From Phallusia mammillata (lineage: Eukaryota): a stretch of DNA of 64,000 nucleotides. The position numbers were made by a program, and so were the translations under genes. The DNA is taken from assembly GCA_965637545.1 (NCBI GenBank), contig OZ281494.1:16368001-16432000 (forward strand). Reading direction: 5' to 3'. The notes beneath the pieces are model-generated. The model was given only the letters and a program-made list of their open reading frames with translations. It searched no databases and was not told the DNA's origin. This document shows, one piece after another, positions 12,501 through 24,081 of this stretch; positions within the stretch are counted from its first letter, which is position 1; each line of letters begins with the position of its first letter.

Positions 12501-15500
12501 AATAATTTTCAATTAACCAAACACTACAGCAACCCCCTTTTCCTTTTCTGTGATTTGCATGCATTGCGGGTTGTTTGTAACCTGACTTACACGGAAATAT
12601 ATTTTTGTATCTGTTCCTTGCAGCGTTTGTTTCGAGTTTGGCCACCGCGTTAACTTTGCTTGCATCTGTTCCGTGTTTCGCGAGTTTCTGGAACGTTCCA
12701 AGAAAAGTTAAATACACAAACACAACAAACCAAGCGTGCCCGGAAGTGTTTAAGTTTACGCATACATACAAGCAACTGGCGAACTATTCTAACGTTGCTT
12801 CAATAAAGTATTTCTGTGTATATGTTTGGTAAAAAAGGGAAATACCTTACCTGTAATTTTTGAAGTGAAAAAATCAAGAATAAACACATCGATACGGTTT
12901 CGATTTTTAGACAGATTGCAAATGTTATAAAAAATTGTTTCCAGTGTTACCTCAAATTCTTGACGAAATGCAGCATAGTTATTGGCGCACTTTTTGAAGT
13001 AAATCCGTTCAAGGTTTTTCTTTGACGTTGAAGAACTGTTTCCGATATTTTGGTAGGGAGACACATTACCATATTTCACTGCCTCTAAATAAACAAAACA
13101 GAGCAATAATAATGTGTCAATTATTTTTGCTAAAATCGTTATGTTAACTCTTTTTTTTCTAAAATCTTTCATTTTATTGTCCTACCTGATTCGTTTTGCT
13201 CGAGTATTCCATTTGAAGAATCTCGGTTCTAAACAAACATACATATCATAAACATCACACGCAGGTATAACTTCAAGCGAAGATATAACTTTACATTTGA
13301 TGCCACTGCTGTGCTTGCAGTTGTCACTGTCACACGACCTTCAGCATTTTCCGAATCTTAGCAAAACAAACAAGTGTTAGACTATTTAAATCTTAAATAT
13401 ATGTCACTTAGCACTGCAACAGCAACAACTATTTCCATACCATTTGTTTGAAAAGTGGCTCCCCCGGAACTAGTTTTGTCCCTTTTGCGCCTAAAACACG
13501 TTTAGTAATTCTATAATTTTAGTGGTTATGTGTTACAGTTACATAGATTTTTAAATATAAGGCTAAATAAAGTAGCATAAGTTTGCTTTTCAAAATTTAA
13601 AGAAAATTACCTTTTCCAAACGATAATTACCAAGACCAGCAAAAGAATAAGTACAATGACACCTCCAACAGCACCTGCAATTATTCCGATTGGTGCTCCC
13701 TCGTTTTCTTGCGATATTAATTCTGATTTATTACAAAATATTGTTAGCGTTTTCAGGACCGAAAGCGCTAGAAATTATTCAGTTACCAGTTTCTCTTTTA
13801 GTTTGATTTGTTGTTATAGTTTGAACTGTTGTTGGAACGCGTACAACACAAAAACCAACTTCAACAGGACCGATAGTACGTTTGCAATGGATCACGTACA
13901 ACTGAAGCCAAATGCAGATTTAGTTACAAAAACCGTAATTAAAATTTTATATTTTTACCTGAAGTGTGTAGGTGTAGGGTACAAGTTCAGTCAGATTAAG
14001 TACTGTGTGTCCACTTGAAACATTTTGGGTTGCTATAGTAACATTTTCACGAATACGATTGAATCGTACCTAAAAATATAAACAATTTTGTATTGCCCAT
14101 CTCTAACCAGTTCTTAAATCACACAATTTCCTTGAATCAAATTTGTCCTTGAAAAAATGCATTCTGTGATCTTTCAAATACAATTATCGCAGTACACACA
14201 TGGTTCGTTTTGCTTAGAACAATTAATATTCATTGCGAATAATAAAATTCATTGCGAATGTATCAAATCTGAAAACATCTTTAAATGTATACGAGGACAT
14301 ACCTGGTAACCGTTGACTCCTTTACGATTATTTGATGATGGAATGTAAACAGCACATGGTGTTTGTTTTGTTATATTAGCACCAACCACTGATACAGGCG
14401 AAGAGGTTTTCACTGTCGTTTGGGCAACAACTGTTTCGCATACTGCAACTCTCGTCGTGAGCTGTCGTAAACAAATAACAATTAAAAATATATTGCATGT
14501 GACAAACCATAAGGTTCTGTAAAAAATATGTTAAAATAACTGCACGTTGATAAATTTCTGAAAGTATGTGGTATACCTCAATTCTGTACATTGTGTTGTA
14601 TTGTAATCCTCCGATTGAAGTTGAACCCGTCTCAAATATTGCATTTGTTACAGTCGAGTGATTGGTTGAGACAGCTTTCAACTGTAAGTAAAGCAACTGA
14701 TATGTAAAAAGCAGAAAAAGTAGTTTCATAGATTAAAATGTAAGATTTTGTGACAACTAAGGTACCTGCAGCTAACAAGGCCCATTAAAAAACTATTGTG
14801 TATAACTGAAAAACCATTTAACCGTTCCAGGCCAAATTCGGCATGATTATTGCAGAGGTTGATATTAAACATCCATTAGATTTTGAGGGCGTTTGCAAGT
14901 TTTGTTTTTGTAGGATAACAGTTTAAAAAAAGTTAAAACTTGGGCCTTAATACATACCTATGCTGTTAATTAAGCCCTACATTTTCATGTTTTTAAAAAT
15001 AGTCTAGAAACCAATCAGACTCATTTATACTTTGCTTCGGTCAAATAAAAGTTCAACAAGCAACGTTATTAACTCATATTACATATATACTGTTAACTAA
15101 GACATATAACTGTTAATCTGAAGGTACTAATGAAAAGAATAAACGACCCCTTGACATTTGGTAACCAAAAATACTAAATGAAACATTACTTCTACAAACA
15201 TCTTATTCGGACTTTTATCTCCCTAAGAAAGCAAAAAAAGCAAATTTTTTGCATATCAGTCGCCTTTAGTATAAAAGACACTTGAGAAAATGACAAATTA
15301 TCGTTGGGCCTTATTGCAAGCAATGGCTGACAAACAAAACCGTAATAAAATTCATTTGAAGTAATTATTTTTTCCAGATCGGATAATGCTCCAATAATTA
15401 AAGTAAAATGACCCCATTACTAATATATCTTAATAAGTTTTCATTTTGACAACACAACCTTTCCATTTTTGTTACCAATTTTAACAAAAAATAATAAAAA

Positions 15501-17466
15501 GTTGAAAATAAACACTTCTTAATTTGGATTGGTCATGATAATAATTACACATAACTTTCAGGTCCAAAACTTTGTAAATCATTTTAAGTACATATATATT
15601 TTAAAATTACATCAAAACGACAGCTTTTTTTCTGGCACATAAGACAATATGAGCAGTGGGCCTTAATTATTACCTTCCGGGCCTATATACCTTCAGGTAC
15701 CTTAATTTACCTGCACTGGAGTGTTGCTCTGTTGTTTTAACGGAATATAGTTGGTTGTCCAGTTTACTCGAATGGTGTCAGGGTTGCAAGTAGAAGGGCG
15801 GGCGTTAACTGTAACTATAAAAGCAAGTAAATTTATTAAAATAACGCTCAAAGTTGGGTTATAAGTGTTACGAGCTGCACTTATATGGAGAAAACGGTGT
15901 GCACTGTCTGCAGTAAGTTGTTTTTAGATAACTACTAATTAAGTAAACAATATATAAGAACTGAGGATACGTAAAACAAATTAGCTAATTATAACTTGCA
16001 ACCATCGATTATATTATTATTAGTCTTGCAAACAAACACCAGGCAGAAGACTGTTTTCACTTTCACGCCTCCTATGTCAGCGCTTACCAAACTGCTATGT
16101 ATTAGAAATTTTCAATTACCATAGGTTTTGACTATAAACGGAAGCTTTCGTTTTGATAAGTGAATCTAATTGCCTACCTCTGCTCAAGACCTTTTGTGCA
16201 AAATAATAATTTCATAGGGGGCGATTTTGATTCAGAGTCAAGGGGGACGATTCGCAAAAAAGGGTTTAAGACCACTGTATCACAGCGTAGGTAAGTATCA
16301 TCTTTAATATCATGGTTCTTTGTAACTTACATTCTAACTGACAAGCATAATACCCATATACACCAGTACACTGCTTTGTAGTATCTACCCAAGCTTGTTC
16401 ATATTGCAATGCGCTTTGCATGTAATGCGCTGAATCAGGTTGTATTGCTTGATAAGTTTCCACAAAAACTCTAAAAACTGAAGAAAAAAAAACAATAATT
16501 TTCATTTTAGATTTTTTAAATTAATTACTAAAGATTTTCAACAAAACAATTATGAGCTGTATTCGCCATAACGCCAAGATCTTTTCTACTCTTGAACTTG
16601 CCAGGTAAGAACAAAGATTCCCATCTTCTATGGTACGGCGTCGAATTGTTGTCTTTGTTTTTCAACTTCGAAGAACTATCGTTTGCTCGGTAATTAAAAA
16701 CTTCCTTAAATTTTGTAACATCTATACCGCTTCCGCCATACAAAACAAATCCCTGAATCCAACCTGGTGCAGAATTTCCTTGTTGCAAAATTAGGCGGTT
16801 TTCATAACGTGGTACAACTCACCTGATTCATCATTGCAATTTGTTTTTGATGTTATCCACCATCTTTTATTTTTTAAGTGGGCTTGTGTTTTGCAAAATC
16901 TTACCTGGTTCAATCCCGTGCCACTTCTGTAACAATGGTAACATGATATGATATATGTCGTAATTTAACAGCTATTTGCGTACGTTTTATACAAATGAAT
17001 AACTTTTGTAAATTCCTGGGGTTGCGTGGTAAAATATCCCAGTTTTGCTCCACCAATGTTTGATACCCATACTTTCTGTACATCTACAAATAAACAAAAG
17101 CAATTTACTCCTTCCTTGTTAAGGGCGACAAAACGACCTGATTCAATTATTCAAGCGTTTACACTAACCTCCCAAATACATTTTATTCGCAGTGCTAATG
17201 AGTTTTTCATGAACGGCCGGATTGGAAATGTTGGCAATTTGGCCACCTTTTCCAGCACATCTTAATTTTACTGTGTTTCCATCGACAACTTCACTCGACA
17301 ACTGAAATACTTGATTTCCTACATTAAAGATGGAATTGCAAGTTTCTGGTGAAACAAGCAATTGATTAAGTGTGAACCCTGCAAAACCCTGTTCGTTTTT
17401 ATCCTTACCTTGAGTATTAGCTCCGTAAAATAATAACATTAACAACAATAGCACAAATATTTCCAT
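9528..17466 (-). CDS. Gene P1: ~30-exon receptor-type protein tyrosine phosphatase (CTLD-like x2, FN3-like x2, TM, ITIM-like motifs, active D1, degenerate D2)
   Basis: Signal [20 protein letters not shown]; TM exon 13611-13722 [26 protein letters not shown]1 motifs: [46 protein letters not shown] (split 11465/11403), MVQSWEQF. D2 [12 protein letters not shown]-terminus [24 protein letters not shown] is typical of tandem-domain RPTPs. Confidence 0.92.
14760..15702. mobile_element. Non-autonomous TIR element inserted at TA in a P1 intron
   Basis: TA|AGGTACCTG...CAGGTACCT|TA with internal repeated GGGCCT motifs; absent from the homologous intron of Y2 (~34250) and P2 (~49285). Confidence 0.75.
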
Positions 17467-17516
17467 CACACCTCCAACTTACTGTAAAGAAACTCTAAGT
17501 CTCAAAACTGTATGTT

Positions 17517-17530
17517 CATAACAAGGAAAT
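17517..17530 (-). promoter_or_regulatory. Invariant 14-mer (CATAACAAGGAAAT on +, ETS-like GGAA core) ~50 nt upstream of the start codon
   Basis: Identical at 1653, 17517, 28991, 35898 and 51289, each 49-54 nt upstream of the receptor start codon, with diverged flanks. Confidence 0.6.
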
Positions 17531-17809
17531 ACTACAAAGGCGTCGGGCATGCTAGCAGTGTTTCGGTCGTCTTGCGTCATTGGACGACGCAACAATATTG
17601 TGTGGTGCGTCATGCACATTCAAAGACATGGCACAAACGGGTATGGTGACTTTTATTCATTGAGGTTGAGACATAAATAACTGTGATTCAGTGGAGTTGC
17701 TCAGTCACGTACTAGAATTTTTCAACCTCACTCATAGTGCCCACCTTTATTTATTGTAAAACAACATTAGAACTTGGCGGTGACAAGTTGCAATAACATT
17801 AGTTTTTAG

Positions 17810-18237
17810 TAGTGATGCACCGAAGTTTCGGTTGGCCGAAACATTTCGGCCGAATCCGCTGTTTTCCAATGTTTCGGTTTCGGCCCGAACTTTTTTGAAA
17901 ATTCGGCCGAAACCGAACTTTTTTGTTGCATGGAATTAAGGCCTTAAATTTCATTTACGCCCATACGAAACATCAATAATTAACTATTTGTTGTATCTAT
18001 GAAATACCAGCCACGTTGTCTGCAAAATATTAGATGTTTAGCAAAGTTTACCCAGTGTGAAAGTGATTTTAGTCTGTCAAAATTGAGTTCACTCGCATCA
18101 ACAACACAAGGTTCAGTTGAAACCATCCAAAAAACGGGGATTTTAGGTTCGGCCTGATTCGGCCGAAATTATTCGGCCTCATGGCCGAATATTCGGTTTC
18201 GGCCCGAACCTTTTTAGGCGGGTTCGGTGCATCACTA
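17810..18237. mobile_element. hAT-type MITE (TAGTGATGCACCGAA termini)
   Basis: 15-bp TIRs, TSD GTTTTTAG/GTTTTTAC (7/8), internal TTCGGCCGAA repeats; empty site in copy B near 51575. Confidence 0.88.
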
Positions 18238-18573
18238 GTTTTTACAGTTAAAATTTATTGGAGTGATCAAAACATTGTTGTTTGTTTGGATGCAAATCAA
18301 AAAGAAAAACTATCTGTCGTCGTTTGCAACAAAATAACTCATTTTTGTAATGTTTTTGACATCAATGATTACAAGCAGACTACTTCTTTTGTTGTTGTTT
18401 TGTTCGCATGTTTGTGGCCGCCACTGGAATTAGTTGTTTACAGATATGTAGAAAACTCGTTCAAACAAAACAAAATTATAAACACCATCAGATATATGCT
18501 TGGACACATCAATACATTACAGCATCAAAATTATTTGATTTTAAGAGCCACAGCATTTCTGCAACGTTAACAG

Positions 18574-19555
18574 CTACATAACATCGTAGCGACAAAGGGG
18601 AACGCCCCCGACAAATGTATCAAAGTTCCACATTCCAGTGAGAGTGATTGGGACATTCGGTTTTGTGGCAACCGTCCATCCAACATTTTCCCCACGAGAC
18701 CCAGGAAATCCATTGGCCCACTCTTCGTACACTGGTCCGCCGTTAAGACTTTGTAATTGCCCATTCTACACAAGAACTCATATTATTTGCCGGTTGGAAG
18801 CTTGTTGTTATTCAAAATTGAAGAGAAGGTTATGTAAATAGCTTCACCTGATAAGTTGACCCGAGCCAGACTTCAACGACATTGTTGGAGAGTTTGTCAA
18901 GATAGACATTCCATGTTTTTTGAATGTATGTGTACAGTACTTCATACATTTCTTGGTTTTCGATGTCAACCAGCGTTCCGCCCTGGTAACTGCAGAGATC
19001 AGCTGCTGCTTGCTTGCTTCCACCCGCATTATAGGAAGCAACAATTAGCGGCAGGTGGTAGCAATAACCATTGTAGACGATTCCAGAACAATTGAGCTTG
19101 GCTTAAAGTAGGGTGAAGTTTAGTGTGTGTAATATAATTAAAAACATGATGGCCCAGCTTTAAGGTCGGCTTTGAACTTTAGACTAATTGAGATGTTTTT
19201 GATCTATCGGCACCGGCTCCTTTTTTTTTGGGGGGGGGGGGGCTGGTTGAGAACCACTGTTATAGAGATTGGTCGCTATAATAAGACAACTACCTTGAAC
19301 GATCGATTCAATTCGACGATCTATTTCACTCCAGTCAGGTCGATTAGCTTGTCCTGGAGGTCCAACCGGTCCCTGTTTTCCAGGTGGGCCTTGGGGCCTC
19401 ACTGGACTACCGCCCGCGTTTCCACTTTGTCGGTTAAAAATGCTTTGCACTGATCGGCAGAACATGTAATTTCCATCATTCTGTCCTTTGACTACTACCA
19501 GACTGGTTGAAATTAACAGGCAATACGATAGTAGCATTTTAAAATGTAATCCCAT
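18574..19555 (-). CDS. Gene C1: secreted mini-collectin-like protein (signal peptide, one Cys, 5 Gly-X-Y triplets, neck, CTLD)
   Basis: Exons 19555-19294, 19101-18848, 18765-18574: MGLHFKMLLSYCLLISTSLVVVKG...GPPGKQGPVGPPGQA..DWSEIDRRIESIVQAKLNCSGIVYNGYCY...LCSYQGGTLVDI...EVWLGSTYQ NGQ...WANGFPG...GMWNFDTFVGGVPLCRYDVM*. Confidence 0.88.
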
Positions 19556-19611
19556 GGTTACCTTTAAAATATAAATTTTTTTAGGAACAAATCAGGACTA
19601 AAATGAAATGT

Positions 19612-19773
19612 CAAGTTTTACGAGCTCTTCTGGCAAATGTAATTTTTGTTCTGACGTTTCGACATCCTATACAGGTCGTCTTCATCAGGGTCACGTCGAA
19701 ACGTCGGAATAAAATTACATTTGCCAGAAGAGCTCTACAAACTTGATATTATGCCTGGCAGCAATAGCTTATG
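19612..19773. mobile_element. 162-bp Penelope-like terminal-repeat remnant (head-to-head halves) with a hammerhead core
   Basis: Flanked by a 13-bp TSD TAAAATGAAATGT (19599-19611, 19774-19786); matches the termini of the 24001-25376 element; absent in copy B (~52965). Confidence 0.85.
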
Positions 19774-21295
19774 TAAAATGAAATGTGTTTGAACTGCACC
19801 CCCGCGAAACGCACAGTTACAAGCTCGAGTTCAGACGATTTACGCTACATGTTTAATGATTTCTAATCAGTGTTTAACACAGTCCAATGGAAGATGTCCT
19901 GATTCAAAAACATGTTTTTGAGATTACTTTGCGCTTAAATAAATATTGTCCTCGATCAACTAACACAGATAAGAGAGGGTTCGTGAACACATCACGTAGT
20001 ACATAACAAATAAACAGATGCGCTGGATTGACTAAACGTTTTACTACTTGACTAGTTGACTTGCCTGACGACGGCGACAGTGTTTCACATAATAATTTTA
20101 CAACTGACCAGGCTGACTTTCCAAAAAGTGTTTGAAAGAGCCTGAATTTTATTGTAAGTTGCAAGAGGCTTGAAATTTGTCGGAAAACCTGCCTTTTTCA
20201 ATTGTTGGTAGGTAAAAGCTCTTTCGTACAGAATTCCATAGGTTCCGTTTAACAATAAATAATCGATTATTATAATCAGTTTAATTTTCACCAAACAGAA
20301 TACAAAAATCGCAAAACTACTGCATTAGTCTCGTTCACATTTTGACCTACATGTCAAACAAATCTAAAACTAATGCATAGGTCAAATTCGTAGTGGAGGA
20401 ACGCCAGTTTGACAATTGATCATACAAGATGAACATAAATTCCTTTCTGGGATCACCCTTGAAGCTCCCATGGAATTCGGTGATCATGGCACACTTATTT
20501 AGACTTTGTATACACCTGCAACATCTAACCCATAGTTTATCCTTGACGTTAACAAATTCAAATGTGTCTCTAATCCGGTACAATATGGAATTTCATCTCA
20601 TAAAAATCCCTCAAAGGCACACTAGAAACATTAACTGCTGGAAAACAAAAAGCGGAAAACATGACGCCACCGTAACTCAGTTGAAGCAAAATTTCCCACT
20701 CCTGTAGCTCTTAACCTTACCCTTACGAACCCCGATCAAACAGGGGGTACGAGAAAATTTTCGCGCCAGGCCATTCGGCCAAGTTCCTGCCCCCACCTTA
20801 TATAATCCTATCGATAATTTTAAGAACTGTGCCTGTTTAACGCCACCTAACGGTTTTGTTTTTTGAAATGTTGTTCGTTGTAGTTCTACCTATGGTGACA
20901 GTAGTTCTACCAATAAACAACTATTCTGTCTGCTACAACATCGGTTTAAGATCAACCATATAATGACAACATTAAACGTAAAACGTCGAACTTTTATGCT
21001 GCTGTTTAGTCCACTTTGCTAAAAAATGTTTTATAGGACTTAACGTCGATAATAGTTCGCTTGAAATATTTGATGACATATTGTTTATTGTTCATATGTG
21101 CAAGCTAGAATCCAAGCTTTCTGATCATTATTGAAAAGTGTTAAAGTCATTTAAGCAATACTGTTGTGCGTTAATGAAAGATGTTTCTTTCCCTTTTTCA
21201 GCCTAAAACATCTTTGTTTTGTGTGGTCATTACTGACAACTCTAGCTTGTCAGAACCATTGCTGTTTGTTGTTAGTGGAAAACACGCATCGCTGT

Positions 21296-21620
21296 AATTT
21301 ATTGTGAAAATTACATAGTAGTAACTTCATCGTGCCGAAGACATCCAGCAAGTTCATCGTGGTAAATTCATCGCACGGCAATTTAATCGTGGTATGTTAC
21401 ATTGCAGTAGTTTTATCGTGATAGTTTCATGAAAGCAATTTTATCGTTGTAGTTTTTCATAAGTTAATTTCACAACAGTATTTTCATCGTGATAATTACA
21501 TCGTTGTAATTTCGTTTTGGCAAGTTCATCGCATAGTAATTACATCGTAGCAATTGCTTCGTTATAATTTTTTCTCGTGGCAGATTGTTGCAATTCTATC
21601 GTGGTAATTTCATGACATTG
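21296..21620. repeat. Degenerate ~15-bp minisatellite (consensus near GTAATTTCATCGTG)
   Basis: Recurrent (A/T)TTCATCGT units; shorter homologous array at ~54350-54515. Confidence 0.7.
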
Positions 21621-22031
21621 CAGTAGGCTATAATAGCACAATTTTTTAACACAATTATTTGTGTACATTTTCGAAAGAGTTACTTGCTCCACCTATTTGT
21701 CGAACTTTGTTGGATGTAAGTTCCCGTGTTAATATGTTTTCGGTGATTTGGCCGTTTCTGGCCCCCGATTTACTCCATAAATCTTAGCAAGTAGAACCAT
21801 TTCATTCTTCCCTCCTCTGATCAGTCACATTACTTTTCTCCAATTTTGTGTAAGGTCCTGAATGTCAAACACATATAACAATCTTGGCGGTACAAAATTG
21901 GTAAATAAAATCGGTTACCATTGCTGATCAATTACAATTGTGGTTTAGTAAAAAGACAATTAACGTTGAGCAGTTGTTTTAGAAACAAAATTGTGTGAAC
22001 GCCAAAGTAAGACAATATTGGTCTTTATAGA

Positions 22032-22485
22032 AGTCGGCTCTCAAACTGGGGTCCGCGGTCCCGTAGGGGTCCGCCACACGACTTCAGAGGGACCACGAGA
22101 AGCCTAACGTATTTCTGCAATCATATGTAATATCAGCTCTTACGACTGCATACGCAAAAATTACATATATAAACGAGTATTCTTTGACAAAAAGTGGTAC
22201 ATTGCTTCATTTCCACTAACAAACACAGGCGATTGTTCGCGCACCATATTTATATTGTTTCATTCTTTTTTGTGACGTAATGAATTGCCCTTGAAAAAAT
22301 CCCACGCAAAGTGATGTGACAGCACTAAACTAAATTCTTTCGAAAGAAATAAACTAACTTTTAGTTTTTGACTCAACAGTTTTGTTTTGCCAAGATATAT
22401 TCAGTTGTATAAATATATTTAGCTTGGACCGCGAGTGCTCGAAAAAATGGGCAAGGGACAAAAAATTAAAGTTTGAGAACCGCTC
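22032..22485. mobile_element. Degenerate Charlie-type hAT MITE
   Basis: Ends GGCTCTCAAACT / AGTTTGAGAACCGC; not present at the homologous position of copy B; no clean TSD. Confidence 0.5.
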
Positions 22486-23057
22486 AGTACAGTTAATTGA
22501 GTGGCCATTTTTCTAACTAAGGCAATGATGGAGTAAACATGAATTTGTTCGATTTGAGACAACCTCACATGGAAATAGATCTATTGGACAAACATTTTGT
22601 AAAACTTTCACATACTAATCAAAAAAATCTAAATCAATTCTAAAAAGTGTACGCATTTTAAATGGTCACATAGTTAAACGTGTCCAAGATACTTATTTAT
22701 TGTTCAGTACACGATTTAGCCTATATGAACACATTTAAATACAACCATGTATGCAAATAACTTCTACCAGTTCCAAACATTTTTTAAAGCGTAGATACGT
22801 TGAAGAAGCACCATGCCCAGACGTAGTAGCTGCCTAGATGGTGTAATCACACGATTGCGTTGTTTTTAGCAAACCAACTAAGTCTCCCGAATTTCACGCT
22901 TTGTACTTCACCGGATATGCCCCTTTGTTAGCAATTAAACAGCTTCTGTAGACTAAGACGTGAGATAAGATTAGTTGGTCTTTCAACGCCAACGGAGCGA
23001 TAATTGGTTTTCGAATTGTGCCATTGTTCGCGTAGCAGTGAGAAAAAGGTTCTAGTG

Positions 23058-23546
23058 CAGGGGTGTCCAACTCGAACACACCGCCGTGCCAATTTTGGTT
23101 TTAAAAAATACTCGCGTGCCAACGTTTGGTACTTTTTCCAAATCATGTCTTAAACGTCTTAACGGTACGGGCACAATCCGAATATTTGGCCAACATGTAG
23201 AACCCTAATAAATAATTAGTAAAAAAATAGGTCGTGAAATGCGAGTAAACTTGTTTATGATACTCCAGAAACGTATTATTCAGTTTATGCGACATAAGAT
23301 ACAAATAGTTTGTGACGGGCCTTCAGTTTTGTCAAAAAACGAACAATTTAATTAGCGGATCGTGTAACTTTACTACCGATAACCTTTACTGAAGTTAGAA
23401 TAAAGGCCAAGAATAATCAATAGAAACAAATTTTAATGCGTGACAAATTCTAATGTTTACCATCTAAATGTGCAAAAGCTTGTGCGCCATTTTCAAATGC
23501 TCTGCGTGCCACTTTTGGCACGCGTGCCACGTGCTGGACACCCCTG
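23058..23546. mobile_element. hAT (Charlie-type) MITE
   Basis: TIR CAGGGGTGTCCA / TGGACACCCCTG with a perfect 8-bp TSD TTCTAGTG; empty site at ~56683 in copy B. Confidence 0.92.
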
Positions 23547-24029
23547 TTCTAGTGAGTCCTTCACACGCTTCGGTGATCACGTTGCAGCGAATTAAAAGCG
23601 TGAATGGCTTGAGGGCGGATGTCGCGAAAAGGGCGATATACTAACTACACTTCGACGCCGCAGGAGAAACGGCGAGGTTCCAGCATTGCAGTTGTTTCCA
23701 ACCAACCACTGTATTGGGCTAACGTTACAGTCTAAAAGATTGCTTAACTTTAGATTTTAGCGTTTGCTGTTGTGATTGATGACTGAATGACACATCCATA
23801 AGTCAGTGCTAAAGTTCAAAGCTGATTAGATAGAACATAACGACCCACTTGGCTTGTATAGCCATCACTGATAGTGGACTCGTTGCATTTGAACTAAAAC
23901 TCAATCGGTTGCTTTATGTTAAAATAAAAATGTGTGTATAATTATATTTATTACGGGCTATATGTTTGATATAAGCGGGTCGTAAACGTACACATTTAAG
24001 TTTAAAGAGCTCTTCTGGCAAATGTGATT

Positions 24030-24081
24030 TTATTCCGACGTTTCGACGTCCTATACAGGTCGTCTTCATCAGGGTAAATAA
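24030..24081 (-). ncRNA. Second, inverted copy of the minimal hammerhead ribozyme
   Basis: Reverse complement of 25263-25314. Confidence 0.78.

Larger units (their letters stand above)
1..23850. repeat. Segmental duplication copy A (Y-X-P-C-intergenic)
   Basis: Colinear with 34247-56982; homology ends at CGACCCACTT (23850 / 56982); left end lies outside the window. Confidence 0.95.

Noticed and set aside
21296-21620. CRISPR-like array
   Set aside because: Units are contiguous and degenerate with no unique spacers; the context is eukaryotic.
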